From the NCBI GenBank assembly GCA_037128705.1, contig JBAXVX010000005.1, positions 34,155 to 98,154 on the forward strand: 64,000 bases of DNA. The letters run 5' to 3'. Each line of letters opens with the position of its first letter. Position 1 is the first letter of the stretch. The notes beneath the pieces were generated by a model. That model saw nothing but the letters and a program-made list of their open reading frames with translations, did no database searches and had not been told where the DNA came from. A program made the translations under genes and the position numbers. Source of the DNA: Bacteroidota bacterium. GTDB lineage: Bacteria > Bacteroidota > Bacteroidia > Bacteroidales > FEN-979. Below, piece by piece: positions 57,138 to 64,000 of this stretch.

Positions 57138-59153
57138 TCAATAGTAAATCCCAACCTCTCCGCAGGGCGCGCTCTCTGTGTCCTTTTTATCAAGGGTTGT
57201 GATGTAATAGAAGTACAGCTGACCTTTCTGAACTGACGTATCGGTAAAGGTCACCGCATCTTTTCCAACAAGCTTGATTACCTGAGGATCACTCCCTCGC
57301 TGATACCTGTAAATCCGGTACAGGGTGGAATTTTCCGACACTGCAGGTCCCCATTCAAGCACAGCGCCTTCTGGTGTATTGATGGCCTTCAGATCAGCCG
57401 GTGGAATAGGAAGGTCAAGCGGGATATCAATGGTATATATCACAGGATTCAGGCTGATGCCGTTATAGATGTCGACAGTTTGCACCCGATAGGTATAAGT
57501 CTTGCCTGGTTTAACAAGGGAATCGGTATAAAAATTCGGGGTCAGCACCGCCTCTTCTGAAGGAAGCCCGATGGCTGGTTTTACATCATTATTATTTCCA
57601 TCCGATTCGGTCCGGGTAAGCCTGTATCCCTGGATCATGTTCTGGGAAGATTCGCCATTGTGCCAGAATAGTTTTACTTTTTGATTGTCGAGGTATGCAT
57701 TGAAGACAACCGGGGGATCAGGGAAGGTGGTTTTCAGGGGTCGTATCGATACCGTATTTGAAAATGCACTGAGAAAATGACTTGTATTCTCCGATCTTAC
57801 GGCATACTGATAGTAATAATACCCGTTCAGAGCCATGCTGGTATCACGGAAAACCAGGGTGTTGCTGTCGTTCCTGACCAGGTCGCCAAGAACCAGCAGT
57901 GAATCGGTCAGGCCGTTGCTCCTGTAAATGCGTACTCCTGCCATATTGATATCATTCAGAAGAATGTAAAGTTCTGCCCCGTTTTTAACCCCTTCAGCTT
58001 TGAAGATTGCGGGTGTAACCGGTGGGCGGGTATCCATTCCGTAATCAAAAAACACATTGCTCCTGACTGACTGGAAATCAAATTCCCCACAAGCTTGAAG
58101 GTAGTAATATTGAACCTTATCGGGGATCACATTGGGATCGATGAAGGATGTATCGGAAGGAGGGATGGTAGTAATCAACTTAAAATCTTTCTGGGAATCC
58201 AGACTGCGATAAATCTCTATTTTCTTAACAGAGGAGGGATCTGAAAGTCTCCATGTCAATTTGATACCGAGATACCCGGACACTTTTTCTGCATGGCTCC
58301 GCCTGAAAAACACGCGGTGGAACCCGGCTGCATTGGCCATGATCACAGTCCCGGCCCGGCCCTTGTTCCCGTAGTTGTCTGCAGGTACCATGTAACACAT
58401 CAGCCCTTTCATGGCCAGTGTTTGGGCGGAAGTATCCTGATAAAGGTAATAAGCGGTGTCGTTTTTTGCATAGGTGATCGACCTGCCCGGCATCAACCTG
58501 GGTTTCTCATTTTCAAAACAGAACACACTAAATCCATGAGCCGGATTTTTTCCAAACGATTTCCATTTCAGTGAAAGAAGTTTTGCAGTACGTTCCAATC
58601 CGGACAGCCTGATGGTATCGAAAATCGGAATAAAAGGCCATTTGACTTCAGCGGAAACATGTTGTTCAAGCATTTCTCCCGAGGTCCCCATTGCGGTGAC
58701 CCGGTACAGATACATTCCATTCTCCTTGGTTTCCCTGTCGAGGTACATCATTCCAAATGCCATCCTTACGGGGAACGAAAGCACCCAGGAATCAGCCGGC
58801 TCAAATACACCCGACTGGTGTGCCTTCTGCCAGAGCTTTTCGAGTTCCTCTTTCGGGGGGGCCGAATTTCCGGGAAACATGACTTTGTATACATCAACCT
58901 GGGTGAGAAAATCTCCGATTAAAGAAGGTGTTTTAATCTCCGCTAAAAAGCTCCAGTTCCCTCCTTTGGATGACCGTTCTATTTTGTACGCGGATGTTTT
59001 CACACCGCAGGGAACCGAATTTCCAAGGCCGACAAACAGCCCTCCGGGTCCCGGACGAACAAAGTCGTTATCCTGACTATAGGAAGTGAGTCCGAGATAC
59101 AGGACAAACATAGGGAAAAGGATCAGTCGGCTATAGGATTTTATTGTGTTCAT
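57138..59153 (-). CDS. secreted multi-fibronectin-type-III-like repeat protein
   Basis: Signal peptide from the ATG at 59153 (MNTIKSYSRLILFPMFVLYLGLTSYSQ). At least five units ending in Y.Y.V/Y.Y.A patterns (YLYRVTAM, YYYLQAC, YYYQYAVRS, YTYRVQTVD, LYFYYITTLD). No T9SS CTD recognised. Confidence 0.6.
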   Translation of the reverse strand: MNTIKSYSRLILFPMFVLYLGLTSYSQDNDFVRPGPGGLFVGLGNSVPCGVKTSAYKIERSSKGGNWSFLAEIKTPSLIGDFLTQVDVYKVMFPGNSAPPKEELEKLWQKAHQSGVFEPADSWVLSFPVRMAFGMMYLDRETKENGMYLYRVTAMGTSGEMLEQHVSAEVKWPFIPIFDTIRLSGLERTAKLLSLKWKSFGKNPAHGFSVFCFENEKPRLMPGRSITYAKNDTAYYLYQDTSAQTLAMKGLMCYMVPADNYGNKGRAGTVIMANAAGFHRVFFRRSHAEKVSGYLGIKLTWRLSDPSSVKKIEIYRSLDSQKDFKLITTIPPSDTSFIDPNVIPDKVQYYYLQACGEFDFQSVRSNVFFDYGMDTRPPVTPAIFKAEGVKNGAELYILLNDINMAGVRIYRSNGLTDSLLVLGDLVRNDSNTLVFRDTSMALNGYYYYQYAVRSENTSHFLSAFSNTVSIRPLKTTFPDPPVVFNAYLDNQKVKLFWHNGESSQNMIQGYRLTRTESDGNNNDVKPAIGLPSEEAVLTPNFYTDSLVKPGKTYTYRVQTVDIYNGISLNPVIYTIDIPLDLPIPPADLKAINTPEGAVLEWGPAVSENSTLYRIYRYQRGSDPQVIKLVGKDAVTFTDTSVQKGQLYFYYITTLDKKDTESAPCGEVGIYY

Positions 59154-59191
59154 TGCGCTATCTGTTTGTATAATCAGTTTAATCGTGTGAT

Positions 59192-62100
59192 TTACGGGCA
59201 CTGGGTATTGCAACTGCTTGTAATCAGGTTCATGTTCACCCCGTTGTTGTTGTCATAATGGACATTGGCGCCAAGTGTAACATCCAGAATATCGACACCC
59301 AGGCAGCAGGAACCGCAACAAACACCCATGGCACCGACACATTGTTCCCCTCTGAGGGTAAGACTGAGACTGGAGCAGCCATCCACGTTGAACAGGCCGG
59401 AAGTATTATATGTTCCACTGATTCCAAACTGTGCATTCGCACCCACGTTCAGCGATGAACAGGTTGCTTCGCAATTGCCGTTGAAATAGGCATTTCCTTC
59501 GGCCAGTACACCGATCCCAAAGGTTGTGCCCCCCTCATCGAACGACATCCAGCTCCTTGCATTCAGGCTTAGGTCGAGGCCGGCTTCCACGGTCAGCAAC
59601 ACAGCCGAGATTGTAATGGGATCAACAATGGGCTTGTTGACTCCTGCTGAAATCAGGAAGCCACTCACATGGTTCTGGAAAGATGAAGGGATGCACTTGA
59701 AGGATCCGAATCCGGCATTGAGTGCAGGAGGAACAGCGTCATAGTCGCCGAACAGGCCATAAAGATTGCCTCCTCCAATGCCGGGGATGGTCATCTGTCC
59801 GCCCGCCTGAAAATACCATCCGTGAACATCCATGATACAGGTTGCCAGGCCATCCACCGAGATCCCGCCGAGGTTCTGGCTGAAATCGCAGGAGCCGGTC
59901 AGCCTTGAATTGGGGAAATCATAGGTCCATTTCATGCCGGGAAAACTCCCGATATTGGACACGGAGATCTGCTGATCTGTCGCTTGAATGGTGCCATCAA
60001 CGATGAATTTCATCCGCTGGGGCTGTTCCGAAATAGCCTTTAGCCCGACCATCTCTCCTTCAAACCAAAAGGTGTTCCAGGCATATTGAGGAGTTACCAT
60101 CATATCGCCGGTCACATTTTTAAAATATTTCACTTTATCAACACTGAAAGGAATGGTAACCCCGGTATCGACCTCTATTTTCGTCATAGAGGGTGTTCTT
60201 CTCAGCGTTGTTTTGACCGGGGCCAGTTGACCCGGTTCCTCGACTGTACCATGTGCAAGGAACAGATTTTCGGTAAAAACAGTGGTTGGATAACGGCAGA
60301 TCAGATTCTTGTGAGTGAATTTGACAATATCCAGGTTATCCATACTGTAAACAAGATTATTCCCCTGGAGTTCATACTTGCAGTTTCCTACGGCCATATA
60401 GTCCTGCGGAGTATCTCCATTGGGAAATCCAAGGTTATATTCTCCCCTAATCTTGAACCAGTTGTTGAATACTGTCAGACCTCCTTCATAGGGGGTGAAA
60501 AAGAGCAGGTGGTTTACCTTAACCGGTGAAGGCTTGATCACGAAAGCCTGTGATCCGTCACTGAAGAGCCTTACGGAGGAAAAGTTAATCCGGTCGCCGG
60601 GTTCCATGGCCGTTAATCCCTGGATAAAGCCTGCAACAGGAGATCCGGAACCTGTACTCGCGTAAAGCTGCCATTGGATCTGTGTTCCACCGGTATTGAC
60701 TTTAAGCAGTCCTTTGTTTGTTGTGGGAAGGTAGATCTCTTTGACCCCGAGGAGCCTGAGGGTATCCATATGTACGATGGCCTTGTCACTTTCGAGACCG
60801 TAATAGTTGAGGCGCAGATTTTCGCATCGAACGTCAATTCCCGTTTTGATCACAGCAGCATTCAATGTGAGTCCGCTGGAACTCAGTTTCCAGTTACTGC
60901 TTTGCAGGGTCCATGCTCCCAAAGGCATTGAGAGGGGCTGGGTTCCGTTGACTACATTATAGTTATTCTTCATGAATCCGACATCGCCCAGGTCAATTAA
61001 TAGGTTGCCAGGCGGATTAGCCGATGGTATCGATGTTCGGAGTTTGGTATTCAACACCAGCCGGTCAGATTTCAGGAAGGAGTTTACAAGCGAGGCATCG
61101 GCAGCATTCTGAAACCCGGGCAAACTGTACTTCAAAGCTTTCCCGGCAGGATCGCATGTATAAAACCCATTTACCATATTGACCGGGTAAAGGATCGTGG
61201 AATCGCCGTTCAGCACATGGATTTTCAGTTTTTCGGGATCGGTCCCGGAATTCATGGCAAGGTTGACGTCTGGTAGAATGAATCCGGTGACATTAAAATT
61301 GACGTTGCTAATTTTAACCTTTCCCTTGATGGCACCGAAGAGCGCAGTCGATGTGCTTTTATCCACCTCGATCCCGATTTTCTGATCGGTAACAAGGGCG
61401 TCGAATGCATTGTAAACCTTTACCGGCATTGAGTTCTCAAGCGTCTTCACCGGAGGATAAACCGGGGAGGAAACCGGAATGTTCCTTTTATTTTTCAGGG
61501 TAGGGGAAGGCTCAATTTCGATGGTTACAAAACGCAGTTCGGTGTTCGGGTTGACCGAAAACTCCTTGTTGCTGTGGATCCCGAAAAACGACCCGGTTAT
61601 TATGGCATGACCGTTGGTTCCGGTCTCCCTCAGGCTGGTCACATACATCGGAAAACCCATCAGGTTGGTTATATCCATATTGTCGTAAACCTTTAGGTGG
61701 AAGTTGACCTGGGTACATCCGGTGTTTGGTGAATTTATGATCAGGCAGATGGAGTCTCCCACAAACTGTGATTTGGATTTCACTGCCCTTACGACCTGTT
61801 TATAATTACGCAGGGGAACATTGCGAAGAAGATATTTCCCGTCAGGTCCTGTTGTCGTACTGATTACCGTAACGGGTCCTGAACCGGGAGCGCTGGAACC
61901 GGAGGTCTCGACATATACCAGGGCGCCCGGCACGGCTGAACTGTCGGTTTTACCGGCATAAACTGTTCCGAACAAACAGGAGGCCTTGAGGAGTTTTATT
62001 TCAAGATATACCGGTTTATCGCTATAGGGGATTTTGATCGAACGGGTGGCCGCTTCATAATTTTTTGGCTGGTCGTCAGGCATTGTGATTTTCACTGTAT

Positions 62101-64000
62101 AATACTGGTTGTTGTCATCACCGGCATTTTCAAATCCAAATGTCGCCATCCCTTTCGAATCGGTCCGCCCCGTAAGGGGGCATAAGGTTTTTACGTAAAA
62201 ATCCCCCTCCTTCTTATTGCAGGGAACCGTCACTCCGACAATTTCCACCTGGGCCCAGGGAATGGCATTGTAGGCATATTCCTCGATGACACGCACCAAT
62301 AACCGCCGCTTTTTTGAGTAAATGGGGATATCCCCCAGGTCGGTATGGGGGTCTGAAACCGTTACTGCTACCGTATCAGTCTGGTAACCCTGAGCCTCAA
62401 TCACCAGGTACTGCTTCTGGTTGGGTAATTTTCGTGCCGGTTTGCCAGAGAATGCCCCGTTGCTGTTGGTATGAGCAGCAATGGAATCAGTAAGGAACCT
62501 GAAATAGGCAAAGACTCCCTTATTCGTTTCAGCATCTATGATACGTCCTTTGATATCTGCACCGGATTTAAGGATTACAGGAAGATAGAATTTCTCTCCG
62601 ATACGCAGGGGTGTTCCACCTTTTACATCTCCAAAATAGGGAGTATACCCATCGCAGGATACGAAAATGGATCGCGTGGGTCCTTTCAGATCGTGCGTTC
62701 CGCCGTTATAGTACTGGGTCCCGGAATAGAGAAAAGCAATGTCGTTGAAAATGAATTTGCCATCGGCCTGAGTTTCAGTCACGGCATTCATCCAGTGGGA
62801 ACATGGGCAACTGTTTGTTATAAGCTTGTAGTTCAGTCCATTCAATGCTTGAAAATAGGAGGCCCGGTCATAGGTATAAATACCGATGCTGGGAGGGATG
62901 GCGAGTTTATCCAATTTGTCTGCTTTGTAATATTCTATCATTTTCACCTTTGCTCCCTTGAGCGGCTTGTTTTCCTTTTCGTCAATCACCTGTCCGAGAA
63001 CAGCCGGGAAACGCACTGACATCCTGATCACCTTTACCACACTCAGGTACCCGAAGTTGGCATAGTAATCAGGAAAATCGCTGACTGCCGAAGGGTCAGG
63101 TCTGTCGGGAAACGGCTTTCGCATCTCCAGCGGGATGGGTTCATCCAGGATATTCCCGACCCCCTGTTCATCAGAAATCATGGCATAGTTATTCTCATCC
63201 GATTCACGCATCCGCACATAAACATAGTAGGTGTAATTGGGATTGTGATGCCAGACAATATTGTTGAAGACCGCCTCCCCATTTGCGTCCGATTCAGATT
63301 TTGCTATAACCTTCATGCCTTTCATGGTTTCAGCGGGGTTTGGCTTCGGAAGACCATCTTTTTCAGGAAAGAGATGGTAGCTGAAATCGGGTTTCCTTAA
63401 AAGGTAGACTTGGGCCCCCTGGAGGTTTTTCACCTTGTTGTAAAGCTCGTCCTGTTCGCCCTCTTTCATGTTTGCAAAGGGCGATCTGACCTGGATGGTC
63501 ATTTTGCAACTGCGGACAGGTGTTTCCAGGGTACCAATGTCAACAGTGGTTCCCGGATTGACCACATAACCGATAAAGTTATTCAGGTAAAATTCATGAT
63601 GCGGATTTTCAATCACGATCAATCCGTCCCTGTAAAGATCACCGGTCTGGTAATATCCGTCAACTTCAACCATAAAGTCTGTAGCGATCTCCCCCAGCGG
63701 TTCATTCCCGATATAGCTAAATGAAAATAATCCTGTCGGGCCTGTTTTGGTGATGGCAAGCATCGCCCCGTCGTTAAGCGCAAATCCTCCGTAAGGAGTA
63801 CGGTGAAGGTAATGGTCTACACCCTTTACTTTCAGCTTGTAACGGACTTCGAGTTTAATGTTTGCGTCGGCCAGGGGGAAAGATCCCTGGCTTACATCAT
63901 CTTCATATTTATAGATCAGTTTTCCTTTTACCGTGGTAACTTTTGGTAGCGGAAGGAACACCGGATCCGGCAGAAATTTGGTATCAGGCAATTTTTGTTT
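59192..64000 (-). CDS. giant (>1600 aa) secreted protein with carboxypeptidase-regulatory-like beta-sandwich repeats and a Cys-rich C-terminus (5' end beyond right edge)
   Basis: The reading frame stays open to position 64000, and the M in the track is a TTG. Repeats of the type GRIIDAETNKGV..., GQVIDEKENKPLKGAKV..., GTVYAG..PGALVYV...GPDGKYLLRNVP. The C-terminus is CVGAMGVCCGSCCLG...SSCNTQCP. Confidence 0.6.
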   Translation of the reverse strand, partial: KQKLPDTKFLPDPVFLPLPKVTTVKGKLIYKYEDDVSQGSFPLADANIKLEVRYKLKVKGVDHYLHRTPYGGFALNDGAMLAITKTGPTGLFSFSYIGNEPLGEIATDFMVEVDGYYQTGDLYRDGLIVIENPHHEFYLNNFIGYVVNPGTTVDIGTLETPVRSCKMTIQVRSPFANMKEGEQDELYNKVKNLQGAQVYLLRKPDFSYHLFPEKDGLPKPNPAETMKGMKVIAKSESDANGEAVFNNIVWHHNPNYTYYVYVRMRESDENNYAMISDEQGVGNILDEPIPLEMRKPFPDRPDPSAVSDFPDYYANFGYLSVVKVIRMSVRFPAVLGQVIDEKENKPLKGAKVKMIEYYKADKLDKLAIPPSIGIYTYDRASYFQALNGLNYKLITNSCPCSHWMNAVTETQADGKFIFNDIAFLYSGTQYYNGGTHDLKGPTRSIFVSCDGYTPYFGDVKGGTPLRIGEKFYLPVILKSGADIKGRIIDAETNKGVFAYFRFLTDSIAAHTNSNGAFSGKPARKLPNQKQYLVIEAQGYQTDTVAVTVSDPHTDLGDIPIYSKKRRLLVRVIEEYAYNAIPWAQVEIVGVTVPCNKKEGDFYVKTLCPLTGRTDSKGMATFGFENAGDDNNQYYTVKITMPDDQPKNYEAATRSIKIPYSDKPVYLEIKLLKASCLFGTVYAGKTDSSAVPGALVYVETSGSSAPGSGPVTVISTTTGPDGKYLLRNVPLRNYKQVVRAVKSKSQFVGDSICLIINSPNTGCTQVNFHLKVYDNMDITNLMGFPMYVTSLRETGTNGHAIITGSFFGIHSNKEFSVNPNTELRFVTIEIEPSPTLKNKRNIPVSSPVYPPVKTLENSMPVKVYNAFDALVTDQKIGIEVDKSTSTALFGAIKGKVKISNVNFNVTGFILPDVNLAMNSGTDPEKLKIHVLNGDSTILYPVNMVNGFYTCDPAGKALKYSLPGFQNAADASLVNSFLKSDRLVLNTKLRTSIPSANPPGNLLIDLGDVGFMKNNYNVVNGTQPLSMPLGAWTLQSSNWKLSSSGLTLNAAVIKTGIDVRCENLRLNYYGLESDKAIVHMDTLRLLGVKEIYLPTTNKGLLKVNTGGTQIQWQLYASTGSGSPVAGFIQGLTAMEPGDRINFSSVRLFSDGSQAFVIKPSPVKVNHLLFFTPYEGGLTVFNNWFKIRGEYNLGFPNGDTPQDYMAVGNCKYELQGNNLVYSMDNLDIVKFTHKNLICRYPTTVFTENLFLAHGTVEEPGQLAPVKTTLRRTPSMTKIEVDTGVTIPFSVDKVKYFKNVTGDMMVTPQYAWNTFWFEGEMVGLKAISEQPQRMKFIVDGTIQATDQQISVSNIGSFPGMKWTYDFPNSRLTGSCDFSQNLGGISVDGLATCIMDVHGWYFQAGGQMTIPGIGGGNLYGLFGDYDAVPPALNAGFGSFKCIPSSFQNHVSGFLISAGVNKPIVDPITISAVLLTVEAGLDLSLNARSWMSFDEGGTTFGIGVLAEGNAYFNGNCEATCSSLNVGANAQFGISGTYNTSGLFNVDGCSSLSLTLRGEQCVGAMGVCCGSCCLGVDILDVTLGANVHYDNNNGVNMNLITSSCNTQCP

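Overview
This is a densely packed 64-kb chromosomal segment with about 60 CDS on both strands, most likely from an anaerobic member of the Bacteroidota. Three observations support that assignment. Two secreted proteins end in T9SS-type C-terminal sorting domains. TAnnTTTG -7 boxes recur 20-60 nt upstream of operon starts, and there are no Shine-Dalgarno sequences. The gene clusters are also typical of the phylum: an 11-gene nuo operon without nuoEFG, a PstS-like/TPR/ExbB-ExbD-ExbD-TonB cluster, and atpBEFHAG without atpDC.

Gene content from left to right:
- manC (partial) and a SprT-like protein
- mlaEF-like ABC genes and cvpA
- an envelope glycan set (GT4, GT2, polysaccharide deacetylase, O-antigen-ligase-like protein, lipid kinase), interrupted by pgk and a C-N hydrolase
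- ispG and tsaB
- a TolC plus membrane-fusion-protein pair
- atpBEFHAG
- a T9SS-exported cupredoxin, ferritin, DUF3109, an EFR1-type ferredoxin and a cyclase
- a LytTR response regulator with a beta-propeller histidine kinase
- a 1134-aa T9SS surface protein containing eight tandem 267-270-bp coding repeats
- nuoABCDHIJKLMN
- the TonB energising cluster
- a seven-gene hdrCBA-flxDCBA operon (heterodisulfide reductase plus flavin oxidoreductase)
- two very large secreted proteins, the last of which runs off the right edge

I could not recognise any rRNA, tRNA, CRISPR array, transposase, integrase or defence genes, so this looks like core chromosome rather than an accessory island.

The observations I consider most worth follow-up:
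1. A dispersed family of degenerate 7-nt tandem repeats (one array is 8-nt). They sit against stop codons inside operons and are also inserted in frame in three genes (ispG, tsaB, flxB).
2. Near-identical CTGTTAA-N4-TTMAC dyads (Rex- or CRP-like geometry) in the leaders of both the nuo and hdr-flx operons.
3. The Flx-Hdr module itself, in a Bacteroidota context with no obvious disulfide substrate nearby.
4. The giant-protein pair at the right end.

All product calls come from reading motifs in the supplied translations. No database search was possible.
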